Positions 26,729 through 39,263 of a stretch of DNA of 64,000 nucleotides are shown here, one piece after another (position 1 is the first letter of the stretch; each line of letters begins with the position of its first letter). The notes below the pieces were generated by a model, which saw only the letters and a program-made list of their open reading frames with translations, made no database searches and had not been told where the DNA came from. A program made the position numbers and the translations under genes. Location of the stretch: NCBI RefSeq assembly GCF_964355755.1, contig NC_092680.1:9548001-9612000 (forward strand). Direction: 5' to 3'. This DNA is from Antedon mediterranea. Taxonomy: Eukaryota; Animalia; Echinodermata.

Positions 26729-27805
26729 GGGTGTCACGAAACCTAAGAACACGAAAGCTAAGACCCCCTAAGACCTAAGATCACGAAAGCTAAGACCCAA
26801 GACCTAAGATTACAAATATTTATCTTTCGCACCTGCCTTGTATTTTAACTCCCAACATTTATTCTGAATACCACACCTTAGAATTAGCACTTTATGAAAA
26901 AGAATCACATAAAAAGTAACAAATACATTTTCAAATTGATGATTTTACAGACGTTTTTCTCGCACACATACTGTTTGCGAATTTCGCATGGCCTACACTA
27001 CAGTTAGGCCTACATCATGTTCAATGTTTTTGTTTCTATGGAACGTCAATAGAGCAAAAATTATATAGAGGGCTGAAAACTCTGTGGAGTCCATCTACAG
27101 TGTGGATGGAACAATGTGAAATTAAAATTGTAATAATAATAGTATAATCATGCTAGTACGAAGAAATAAATACTCGCAAATAAATTTTAATTTAAAAATC
27201 ATGATAATAAGTTTTTTTGTTTCGTTTTCTTTCTGTTTTTATACTTGTACTATTATTGTTGCTCTTTTGGCGCTTCATAGAAACAAAAACATTGAGCATG
27301 AGGAGTTACAGTATACAAAGAAACACGTCTGTAAAAACATCAATTTAAAGGATTTATTTATTTGTTTTTATGTGTTTCTCCTTCTGAAAGTACTTATATA
27401 AGTCCTAATTTTAAAGTGTGATATTCAGAATAAAGTCAGTTAACAAATTTGGAGTCAAAATACAAGAAAGGCAGGTGCGAAAGAAAAACATCCTCTGAAC
27501 CAACACAATGGAGTAAATATATACCAACAAACAACCAGTCAAGTTTGTTTGTTGTAAAGGAAAAATATACATTTACTCAACGGGCGAAAATAATGTGAGT
27601 TTATCTATGTTTTGCGGTAGTATTTAATTATATTTATGGTAATAAATGAAATCTACTATGTTTAAAATTATGTATGGATAAACAAGTATTGTTTTTAAGC
27701 TGAAGTATATCTTAGAATTTGCAATCTTAGGTCTTGGGTCTTAGCTTTCGTGATCTTAGGTCTTAGGGGGTCTTAGCTTTCGTGGTCTTAGGTTTCGTGA
27801 CACCC
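26729..27805. mobile_element. Non-autonomous MULE/MuDR-type element
   Basis: About 90-bp TIRs starting GGGTGTCACGAAACCTAAG with CTAAGA subrepeats. 10-bp TSD TGTTAGTTTA (26719-26728 / 27806-27815). Empty site in the left arm near 18360. Diverged inner inverted repeat ~26825-26970 / 27310-27484. Confidence 0.85.
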
Positions 27806-28221
27806 TGTTAGTTTAGCCTAGCTGGGCTAACCTACCTCACCTCTCACATGCCCTCCTGAAAAAACGCGAAATTAGTGGAAACCTACCCTATCCTACTAGA
27901 CCAAGATAGTAGGCCTAGCCTAGCTACAATATTCATTATGCCCTGCTAAAAAGGTAGATGAGCTACTAGACTAATTACGTATTCGTATAATAATAACAAT
28001 AATTGACTAGAAGGCCTAAAAGCGGTGGAAAACACCTATCCATTCTTGCATGGCATTACGAAAACCTGCCTATGGTTGTACATCATTGTAAATTGTCAAC
28101 ACACACTGTGCTACAGACAGTGTACCGTGTGTTAAAAGTACAGCATTTATAGCAGACAGCAACGTGTATAACTTGCTATAGTTTTACAGATAGCACCTGT
28201 GGACAGTAGCAGAATCTGGTG

Positions 28222-30233
28222 GCCAATTACTTATAATGAACTTTTAGTGGCTCTTAAGAGGTCACAAAATGGAAAGTCACCTGGTATTGACGGCTTTAGC
28301 TATGAGTTTTTTTAGTTCTTTTTTGCGGATTTAGTTTGCTATCTTTTGAGAGCTATTAACGAGTCGTATACCTCAGGTAAACTGTCAATTTTCCAAAAGT
28401 CAGGAATAATTACTTTACTCACTAAGGGGGATAAACCCAGAGAGTATCTACAAAACTGGAGACCTGTTACCCTGTTAAGTGTCACTTAAACTTGTTTCGT
28501 CATGTATTGCAGAACGAATAAAATCGGTCCTTGATAATATTAATTAGTGAACAACAGAAAGGATTTATTAATGGGAGATATATAGGCGAAAATACAAGAC
28601 TTAAGTATGATGTTATTCAAATTTGTGAAAAGAAGAAAATTCCTGGTCTGCTTTTACTGATAGACTTTGAAAAAGCGTTCGACTGCATTTCTCATACATT
28701 TGTTAACTGCGTTCTTAAATATTTTAACTTCGGACAATCCATTCAAAAATGGGTAAAAGTACTATATAAAGATACAAGATCCTCAGTTCTTGTTAATGGC
28801 TTTCTCTCCGAATCATTCTTAATTGAAAGAGGATGTAGAAAAGGGGATGGATTGAGTCCATACCTGTTTCTTCTTTGCGCAGAAATTTTATCCTCAATGA
28901 TATCTGAAAATAAACAAATTAAAGGAATATCAATTGCAAATCATGAGTATCGATTATCTCAGTATGCGGACGACACTGTATTGTTTCTTGACGGTAAAGA
29001 TAAGTCAATGCACGAAGCATTTAAGACTCTCGATGTATTTTCCAAATTTTCCGGGCTAAAAGTAATGTGAACAAAACAAATGCTGTCTGGGTTGGCTCGT
29101 TTAAAGACCGAGGTGACTCAATATGCGAAAACTATAATATATAATGGATCAAACATGGAGAGCCATTTGTATCATTGGGTATTCGGTTCAGTACAAATTT
29201 AAATAAAATGGTAGATCTGAACTATGAAGACGCATATAAATCAATAAAAAATACAATGAGACATTGGTCAAAAAGAAACTTAGCTGTTTTGGGAAGAATC
29301 ACGGTAGTTAAGTCTTTACTACTGTCCAAACTTAACTATATCCTTTCGACATTACCCGATCCCCCTGAAAAAGTAATAAAATCCCTTAAGTCAGAACTAT
29401 ATCGTTTCATATGGAAAGGGGTGGATAGAATATCCAGAGATCAACTTATACAAGAAAATAAATTTGGAGGCTTACGAATGGTCGATATAAATGCATATAT
29501 TCAATCGGTAAAAATCACGTGGGTTAGACGGTTAGTAACGTCCAATGAGACGGGCTGGGCTCTTTTAGTCATCGAAATTAATCAAATTAGCGAAGGTTAA
29601 GCCTTACAATGCACTTTGGCTGGATATAAAGGCGTGGTGCGTATTCTTGAAACACAACATTCCTATGAGCACCGAATCGATATGTAGAGAATCACTCTGG
29701 ATGAATGACAATATTAAAGTCGGCGGAGAAAGTATCTATTATAAAAACTGGAGCGATCATGGGGTGAATTTTATAAATGATTTAGTTTATAGACATGGAA
29801 TAACTCCATTAAAACAACTTAGTAAACATCATAACCTTAACATCAACTTTCTTCAATGTGAAGGCCTAATAAATGCGGTCAGACAACATACGTCTTTAAA
29901 TCAAATTTCTCCAATAGGAAAAATGAATAGCCAACTACTACCTTTTAACCTTAGCGTAGTTATTAAAAATAAAAAAGGATCAAAGCTAATTTATAATACT
30001 CTAATCAACTCCAGAAAAAACAATCGAAAGCTAAAATTAAGTGGGAGAAGGCATTGGATACTTTATATGTTGATAAAGAGTGGGAAATTATTAATACCAT
30101 GTCTTTCTCACTTACTATGTCCATACCACTAATCTGGTTTCAATATAAAATTGTGCATAGAATTTTAGGTAATAACTCCTTTTTGTTTAAAATTGGGAAA
30201 ATTGATCACCTTTATGTGCTTTATGTGAAGCAG
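28222..30233 (+). mobile_element. Tx1/L1 LINE ORF2, piece 4 (RT domain and C-terminus), stops and frameshifts
   Basis: KSPGIDG, NWRPVTLL, GRYIGEN, LIDFEKAFD, RGCRKGDGLSPYLF, SQYADDT, GRITVVKSL, GGLRM, FQYKIVHRIL. Confidence 0.92.
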
Positions 30234-30975
30234 AAACATAGCTCCCTCAAATGTGCAAATCTGTAAAAATGTATAATCCACTAATGTGCAAATATCCCGC
30301 CGGTAAATGTAAACATGATCAGTTTTGAAGTTAAATGTGCAAATGAAATTCTACAAATGTAAAAATCAACCAAAATCGTTTATTAAAATGATAACATAAT
30401 TCTAAATAGTCACGGGGTTTTCTAACAATGTTTTCAATATATGCATTACATTGTAGTACAGGCTGAAATAATATGTTTTTGAAAAAAAAACCACAATCCG
30501 AATGTCCGTGGATGCAGGACTGACACGTGGCCGCTGCTTGCTGGAGATGCTAACTTCCATACCGTTGAAATTTAAGTCCCTTATAGTTGTCCTCTTATTT
30601 TAAACGAAATTAACAAAACATAATGAACTGAGTTAATTAGATTTCGGCCTGTACTACAATTAAGTATGTCACTGGCTATATCTTGAAAACATTGTTAGAA
30701 AAACTCGTGACTGATTAGAATTAGGTTATCATTTAGAATAAACGATTTAGGTTGAAAAACACGATTTACATATTTGTAGACTTTCATTTGCACATTTAAC
30801 GTCAAAACTGATCATTTTTACATTTAACGGCGTGATTTTTGCACATAAGTGGACTATACATTTTTACAGATTTGCACATTTGAGGGCGCCATGTTTGCAC
30901 AAATGTGGTTGTTTCCACATTTGAAGGCAACATGTTTGCACAAATGTGACTTTTTGCACATTTCACGGCTCAACA
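30234..30975. mobile_element. Long-inverted-repeat MITE with TTTGCACA subrepeats; left terminus apparently deleted
   Basis: About 235-bp diverged inverted arms 30234-30470 / 30640-30896. The right arm continues to ...TTTCACGGCTCAACA. Confidence 0.75.
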
Positions 30976-30992
30976 CACAGGCTACAAGATTA

Positions 30993-31085
30993 TTTTTTTT
31001 GTCTTGTGTGGGATCGTCCCACTTTTATTATAATACTCTGTTTTATAGGTATATATATTATATATAAAAATAAAGGTACATTTGT
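30993..31085 (-). mobile_element. Poly(A)-tailed 3' end of a Tx1-like LINE family (same terminus as 39286-42477)
   Basis: Minus strand reads AATAAAAGTGGGACGATCCCACACAAGAC(A)8. Confidence 0.65.
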
Positions 31086-32329
31086 GTAACAATTAATTAT
31101 TGTATGAATATTGCTCTTTCTATTGTATATTACTACGTTTGTGTCACGAGATAAGTTAGATTTATGTTTTTCAGTTACCTTACGATCTTTTTTACAATAC
31201 AATAGAAGTTCATCAGTGCAGAACATCATGAATATGGAATAATAGAAAAAAAAATCCTTTTCGGAGAGGCCATGAAGCGGCCCATAATTAGCCCGGATAG
31301 GTACCTTGAGAGAGTATCTTGTCCATTTCAATTCATGCAGAGTAGCTAATGGATGGTCGGACAATAGGGACGTCGGCAGATTCGTAGCAGGAACGTGACT
31401 TACGTGGAATTAATTTCGTTTGGAACTGCTGAGCAAGCTAAGAATTATGGAATGCTAATAGAATATTACGTAGAAGACAAATGGTCATCAAATGGAAGCA
31501 GTAGGGAACCAGAGGTTAGGGAAGGGATTTCTAGAGCAATCTGTAATGTTACTCATACAAGTAACATTGAGGGCGCCACAGTAGGACACGCAATTAGACA
31601 AGAGGTTACAAGTATAGTGTTTGTCAGACAACTTTTTTATTATTCTGCATCAACCTGGTGACTAAAAATAATACAATATGTATAAATAAATGCAAACCGT
31701 AAATATTATAAACAATTTAAAATGCAAACAGTGTAAACATGACATGTAATGAGCCATTACTGTAATAATAGAGCATTATCATAGCTAATATCTTAAAGCA
31801 ATATATATCTTATTTCTAGTCAATGCGGATATCATGTTACACTAATAGTCAAAAACAACCAAAAGGGCTTACATAAATTATGGCGCAATTCAACACTAAG
31901 ATGCATACATCAATTCTGATCTTTTCCAAATACGGCCTTATCAAGCAAAAGGACTACAACATAACATCGTTAGACAGCTATACCTAAATTCCAGATTACA
32001 GACTACAACGAGTAGCCATACGTGTTGATACGTGTATTTAAAAACTTCTACTGCTTCAAACATGTGTTAAAGCAAACTAGCCTAAAATGCATTGCGAAAA
32101 ACCCAAACTTAAATAGAGGCTGTATCGACTACCTTAAATCAATTACACAACCCATTCTAAAGCAATAATCAACCCTAACAGTATCCCTATTTCCAACACA
32201 ATGTCTATAACTTCGCAAACTTCTCAATCCTTCCAGGCAAAATTGTAGCAATTTTCCTAATATCAAACAACTCCCAGAACGAAATAATTTTTGTTTTGAT
32301 GTATCTTGGTTAAAGTTTACCTCATGAGT

Positions 32330-35300
32330 GCATCCGCTCTGTGTAAACAACCAAGACTGGTTTGAAGAAAAGTCTGAAAAGTTACTGCCCGTCATTGAGA
32401 AGAAACGCACAGCTCTGTTAGCTTACAAGACTCACGCTACACGGCATAATCTTGCTTCTCTACGTTTAGCAAGGGCTGATGTTCAACAAGCTGTGCGCCA
32501 GTGCACTAACGAGAACTGGGAGAAACTTAGTGCTCAGATACAACAAGATGCTGATAAAGGGCATTTGAAAAATGTATGAAGGAATCCGAAAAGCCATTGG
32601 GCCAGTGCAAAAGAAAACAGCACAAATTAAAGACCGAAATAGTAATGTCATAATCGATGAGAAGAAACAGATGGACCGATGGATAGAACATTACTCAGAA
32701 GTTTACCAAACTAAGATACCTGTATCCCAGGAGGAACTCAGAAATGTTCAAAATTTACCAACTAAGTTGGAACTTGATGCCTACCCAACTATGGATGAAG
32801 TACGATCAGCAGTTAAGAAACTGTCTTCAGGCAAGGCTCCTGGTGATGATGGTATACCAACTGAAATTGCAGGAGGCCTGACTCTAATACATCATCTGCA
32901 TGAGTTTATTAGTCTCTGTTGTTCTCTCGGTAAAGTTCCACAGGATTTTAAGAATGCATCCATTGTCACTCTGTACAAGAATAAAGGTGATCGTGGTTGC
33001 TGTGATACTTATCGCGGCATTTCTCTGCTCAATATCTGTGGAAAAGTATTTAGAAAAATAGTTCTACAACATCTGCTGCCTTTAGCGGAAAGGGTATATC
33101 CAGAGTCTCAGTGTGGTTTTCGCTCTGGAAGAAGATCTTCCATTGATATGATTTTCTCTATTAGACAGCTGCAGGAAAAACGTGTTGAGTAAAAACAGAA
33201 ACTCTACCAGGCATTTATCGATCTCACCAAGGCTTTTGACCTTATTAATAGAGACTGTCTTTTTGAAATCCTAAGGAAAATTGGATGTCCACCTACTCTA
33301 TTAAATTTTATCCAATCCTTCCATCAAGGAATGCAAGCTACTGTCAAGTACAATGGAGCAGTGTCTGACTCATTTGATGTCGAGAATGGGACAAAACAGG
33401 GAGATGTTCTTGCCCCTCTTCTTTTTGGGATTTACTTTGCAGTCGTCCTCCAAAGAGCTTTGGAACCTAATCTTATGGAAGGAGTTTTATTGCATTGTAG
33501 ATCTACTGGTAAGATGTACAATCCGACCAGACCTAAAGACAAACATATTTAAGGTTCTTCTTCGTGATTTTCTTTATGCAGATGATGCCTGTTTCTGCAG
33601 CCATTCTCCTAATGGTCTAAACAACTTCTACTTGATAAATTTGCATGTGCCTGTGAACACTTTGGTCTTACCATAAGTGTAAAGAAAACAAAGATTTTAC
33701 CGTTTAAAACAACTGGTCAAAAAATTTTACTGTCAACAATTTTTTTACTTGAAAATGTTAGTAAATTGTCTTACCTTGGCTCAGTTATAACTTATAACAA
33801 CTCTCTTGATTGTGAACTAAACATTCGAATCGGAAGAGCTCCTAGTACTCACAGTCAGTTGTCTGTACGTGTTTGGGAAAACAAAAAATATTAGAGTGGC
33901 TGTGAAGATCAAAGTGTATATGGCATGTGTCATTAGTGTCCTCTTGTATGTGCTGAATCGTGAAAAACCTATGCTAGACAAGAAAAGAAACTAAATGTAT
34001 TTCACCTCCGCTGCCTACGGACTATCTTAAATATCAGATGGCAGGATATTTAAATTTATATGGAACGGAAAACCCGATAAAGTCAAAAGAAAAGTCATGC
34101 TTAACAATTTTGACGAAGGAGGGTTAAAAATTCCCCATATTAAGAGTTACTGTACATCTCTCAAATCATGTTGGGTGAAAAGATATCTTGATGGAAATCA
34201 ATCCAAGTGGAAAGTGTTTTTAAAAAGTAAGATTAAAGAGGTTGGAGGAAATATTGTTTTTGAAACCAACTTTTCTAAATCTTAAAAAATATTAAAACAT
34301 TTGAAAGGTTCCATAAAGATATACTCTCTGCTTGGAGTGAATACAATTTGGTAGAACCGTATACGACAGAGGACATCTTAAATCAATCTTTATGGAACAA
34401 CTCATGTTTTGATAAAAGAGAAAAAAAGTTGAAAAAAATTGGTTGATTAAAAATGTAAAAACTATGTAAAAGATATCGTGAACAAAGAAGGGAAAATATT
34501 AGAACTAGACGAATTTAACCATAAATATAATTTTAAACCAAACTTCTTATTATATCACCAGATTGTAAATTCAATTCCCAAGCTCTGGAAACAGAAATTA
34601 ATTGAACAAGGTGTAGACACAACTAATGAAGTTGAATCTAAATTACAGACATTTATTTCTTTGAAAACGAGAAATTGTCATTATATCTATAAACACATAA
34701 TATTAAAACATGTTGAAGAGCCAATTGGAATTGAATCCAAATGGGAAAGGGAGTTTGACAACAAACTTGATTGGAAAAACCGTTTCTCAAATTTACACGA
34801 CTGTACAGATGAAACCAAGCTAAAAAATGTTCAATTTAAATTTATTCATCGTATAATTTATACAAATACAATGCTCTTTAAGATGTCAAAGGTCGATTCA
34901 CCAATGTGTAGTTTTTGCAAGGAAAGGCAGGAAACACTGCTACATATGTTCTTTGAATGTGATCTAGTAAAGAAAATATGGAAAAATGTAAAACAATATA
35001 TGTATCAAAATATCAACAATAACTTAATTATCACCAAAAAAAGTATATGTTTTGGTTTTGGAAAAACACACAGTGATGCAAACATTCTAATTTTAATTAG
35101 TGGTACATATTTAATTGCAAAATCAAAGAACAATTATTTTTATAAAGTATATTTTTGCGATACATTATTATTTTTTTTTCTTTTAATTCATTACTCTCTT
35201 ATTTTTGAGAGAGTATTATCGTGTTTCTTCTTATTTGTTTAATAGTTACGTTACCTTTATCTCTTAATTTTGTATTATGTATGTGTTGAAATGAAATTTA

Positions 35301-35782
35301 AAAAAATAAAAAAAAGATGGCAGGACAGGGTAACAAACAACAGTATCCTTGATAGATGTGGCATTCCTTCGATGTTTACATTAATTCGACAGCGAAGACA
35401 ACGATGGCTTGGTCATGTCAGAAGAACGGATGATACAATTACTCCAAAGGTTATGTTGTATGGTGAGCTAGTGAATTGTAAAAGATCCAAAAGACGTCCA
35501 CTTTTGCGTTTCAAAGATGCATGTGAAAGAGACTTGAAGGCAATGAACATCAAATGTTAACAACTTGGGAAAAAAGGCTGATGACCGAAAATCATGGAAA
35601 GACTGTATTAAGGCAGGACTTGTACACAGCGAAGAAAGATATCGAATGGAAAATGAAGAGAGGTATCTGAAAAGAAAATCTAGATCAGCTACTGGAACTC
35701 ACACAGACTCACTGGATAACGGATGAAATCCTCTCCAATGTTGTTTCCATAGTCAATTTTGACCGAAGGATGCCTGATGATG
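32330..35782 (+). mobile_element. 5'-truncated RTE (BovB-like) LINE with (TGA)n tail, interrupted at 34047-35314
   Basis: NQDWFEE, MYEGIRKAIGP, GKAPGDDGI, YRGISLL, PESQCGFR, FIDLTKAFD, KQGDVLAP, LYADD, RWLGHVRR, LYGEL. Candidate TSD ATGAGT (32324-32329 / 35783-35788). Confidence 0.9.
34047..35314 (+). mobile_element. 5'-truncated Tx1/L1 LINE 3' end with poly(A)
   Basis: FKFIWNGKPDKV, EGGLKIP, QFKFIHRI, CSFCKERQETLLHMFFEC. 11-bp TSD AGATGGCAGGA (34036-34046 / 35315-35325). Confidence 0.92.
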
Positions 35783-35944
35783 ATGAGTCCAGTCAATCTA
35801 GTGATATTTAGAGGTAAACCCACCACAAATTGCAATATTAACGAAACATTGATTTTTTTCATTCCAATTGTAGTTTAGAATGAAAATAAATATTAAAAGT
35901 CACCGAAAATTGAAGCATTGGAACACATTATATTTTACGTAATC

Positions 35945-36650
35945 TCAACAACTATATAGTAATTTTATTCCGTAAATATTTTTGGGGTAGGGGGTAACAT
36001 TTATGCCCATATAACTTGTGGTTTTATAATCCAATCTCAATAATCTTAAAATCAATGTGTAGGATATATATTTCTTTCTAATATACAATTTAAAAAAAAT
36101 AACACAACACTTATTTATATAACTAGAGGTCAAAAGGACCTTTTATAAAAACTCATTTTTTCCTTAAAAACTGCAATATCGTATGCCATATTCGTGGATG
36201 CAATTAATCAAAATTGTGCTTTTACTGTACTTATCGATATATTAAATAGAAAACATGATGTTAACTAGAATAATTTTTTAAGTACTGATGTACTATTCTT
36301 ATTGAAACTGATTCTTGATCAAATGTAATGTAAACAATTTTGGGGTAGGGGTAACGTTTATGCCTATAATCCATTGTTTTATAATCATACATTATTAACT
36401 TTAGTACCAATGTGTAGAGTATATATTATATCCTACCAATATACATTAAAGAAAAACAATTAATACCACAGTTATATGTAACTAGAGGTAAACATGTCAT
36501 TGACCTTTTACAAAAACTCAAATTTGTCCTAACAAAAATAATGATTAACTGCAACGTCTTATTCTATAATTGTCGATGCATTTGATGCAACCTGTGTTTT
36601 TTCTGTACCTATCGTCATATAGAATAGGAAAAATATATTAAAATAGAAGT
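35945..36650. repeat. Diverged tandem dimer of a ~360-bp unit
   Basis: TTTTGGGGTAGGGGTAAC..TTTATGCC at ~35980 and ~36339, and ACTAGAGGT at 36122 and 36481. Confidence 0.7.
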
Positions 36651-39263
36651 ATTTGGGATGCCACGCATTACAAACAGACTACTCCTTCAAGGCACTGAGA
36701 CGTTAGCTGAAATCTTCAAGGTGGAAAAGCATCTGTTAGAGAGACCTACAGGTGCAGTAGAATTGTTGATAGGAGCAGACAATGCAAGTCTATTTCCGAC
36801 CATTCTGCGGACTGAAGGGGAATTGGCTCTATGTGAAGGGACGTTTGGAGTAATGGTTTTTGGTAAACATCCTATGTGTGGGAGTGAGTCTAGCGCAACC
36901 AATCTTACGTACATAGAAAAAAAGGTTTCTTCGCAATTCCTTGATATAGAAAGTATGGGAGTTGCTTGCAATCCGAAGTGCGGAAGTATGGCAATTGTCC
37001 TATCGGGTCAAAACGATTTACCCTAAAGGAAGAAAGAGAACTGAATCTTATTGACGAAGGTTTGAGTTATTTAGATGGTCAATGGACAGCCAAATATCCA
37101 TGGATCAGAGATCTTAAAGATTTAGCGGACAACCGATCGGTTGCGGAAGTGAAACTGAGAGCAACCGAAAAGAGATTACAGAAAATTTAGAAATATGCAG
37201 AGTGTTATGCTTCACATATAGACGACATGATAGAGAGGAAAGTTGCTCGTAAGTTATCTGACTTATCTGATGAGGACCTGTTCACTACATATCACATCAC
37301 CGAATAGCAAAACCGGACAGTAAAAGTACACCTGTAAGAATTGTTTTTAACAGTAGTGCAAACTATAAGGGCCATGTGCTGAATGGATATTGGGCCAAAG
37401 GACCAGACGTTAACAATAACTTGTTGGCCGTTCTATTTCAATTTAGAAGAGAACAAGTTGCTTTAGTACGAGATATTAAGAAAATGTACCACACAGTATT
37501 GATATTTCAATGTTGTACCAGCATACCAATCGCTTTCTTTGGAAGAATATGGAGATAGATCGTCCAATTCACACTTACTGTGTCACAGCGATGAATTTTG
37601 GAGATGGACCATCTGCTACTATGGCTATAAGAGCACTACAAAAGACTACAGAGCTTTCGGCAGCACAAACTCTACAGGAAAACGTGTATATGGACGATAT
37701 TGCCGATAATCTACAGACCGTAGAAAAGGCCTACGAGAGATCCAAAGAGATCAACGCTATACTGAGCAAAGGAAGTTTCAATGTTAAAGAGTGGACCATC
37801 TCAGGCGTAAACATGGAGGCTACCAAGTTTTTAGGGTTAGAGTGGAACCCCCGAGACGATAAGCTTAAAGCACCAGTACCAACGTACTGCGAAGAAGTAG
37901 GAACCCTGACTAAGAGGAAATGTTTAGGTGCAGCCAATTCCATATATGATCCATTAGGGTTACTATCTTCAGTGACCGTAAGAGCGAAGATGCTACTAAG
38001 AAATTTGTGGGAAAAGAAAGTGGATTAGGATCAAGAGATTGAGCCTGGAGACTTGGGCGAATGGCGCATTTTTCTAAAGGATGTTAAAAATTGCGAAAAG
38101 GTGTCCTCAAAGTGTAGAACCAAGCAAACAAAGCGAAAAACCTACGTTGATAATGTTCTCAGATGCCCGAGAAGAAGCTATGGGGACAGATGCCTACATT
38201 AGATATGAGACGAATATTGGGGTCTTCGAATCTCGCTTGATGGCTGCTAAAAGTAGAGTTGCCCTCGTGAGAATAACAAGTATAGTCAGGTTGGAGTTGA
38301 GCGCGGCAGTGATGAGTGTGCGACTAGCAAAAAAAAAATCACAGAAGAGAGCAGAATCCCGTTTGTAAGGGTTTTATACCTCGTAGACAGCGAAATAGTC
38401 CGATACAGAAAGAGAGCTATGGTTTTAAAACATTCGCTGCGACCAGGACAGGAGAAATTCAGCAGTTTATTGACTCTACTGACTGGTTCTGGGTTGCCGA
38501 CAAAGATAACATTGCAGATATTATTTCTAGGGGTATTACGAGCAAATTTTTAGAAGAGAATAAACAGTCTTTCCAGGGGCCAGAATTCATGAGAAATCCC
38601 TTAGAGCAATGGCAAATCTCTCAGAGTTGTAGCGTTTCGGACATACCAGAAAGAGTTGGAGTGATCATGGTGGCAGACGTAGAGGAAGTGATAGAAAGCC
38701 CTATTAACATTAAAAGATTTGGAAGCTTTGACAAATTGTTAAAAACAACCGCCATTGTTAAGCGCATAGAAAAGCAAAAAAGCTTTAAGTCCGCTGGAAT
38801 AGATCTGAACGAGAACGACATATATGAAGCTGAACGGTATTGGATCAAGACCGTACAACGCCCGATAAGAAACTTAAAGATTAAAATGCCAGTAGCATTT
38901 ACAAACAAATATGGTAGCTTAGGACCGATGATAGACGAAGATGGAATCGTGGTAGTGGGAGAGAGAATCAAGAACCATGTCCATTTCAGTTACAATAACA
39001 AACTAGTACCTCTACTTCCAACAGACCATATGTTTTCTAAGTTGTATTTAGAGAAGGTACATAAATTATCTCACAGTAGAGTGAGCGCTACTATGGCAAA
39101 GGTTAGAGAAAAATATTGGATAATCCGATTAAGGCGCATAGTATCATCAGTAAGAAACAAGTGTATAGGCTGCAGACGCCTTGAAGTGCAGGAACAAATT
39201 ATGGGATCACTACCTATCCAAAAACTAAAACCGTCACCCCCGTGGACTTATGTAGGGTGTGAT
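36650..39263 (+). mobile_element. BEL/Pao LTR retrotransposon pol (RT, RNase H, integrase zinc finger), degenerate
   Basis: VELLIGAD, STPVRIVFNSSA, YWAKGPD, DIKKMYH, MNFGDGPS, VYMDD, YDPLG, FSDA, RLELSAAV, H..H..KYWI..C..C, PSPPWTYVGCD. Confidence 0.92.

Larger units (their letters stand above)
17612..28221. mobile_element. Giant non-coding foldback (palindromic) DNA element; arms 17612-21055 and 21294-28221
   Basis: Termini CACCCGATTCTGCTACTGTCC / GGACAGTAGCAGAATCTGGTG and 7-bp TSD GCCAATT (17605-17611 / 28222-28228). The arms are reverse complements throughout apart from indels and two insertions. Confidence 0.92.

Noticed and set aside
17612-28221. Palindrome as a long-read foldback assembly artefact
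   Set aside because: The arms differ by substitutions, indels and two TSD-flanked insertions, and the unit has its own TSD within a rejoinable ORF.
31085-31610. Possible solo LTR (TGTAAC...GTTACA)
   Set aside because: No matching TSD, PBS or PPT found, and the left boundary is ambiguous.
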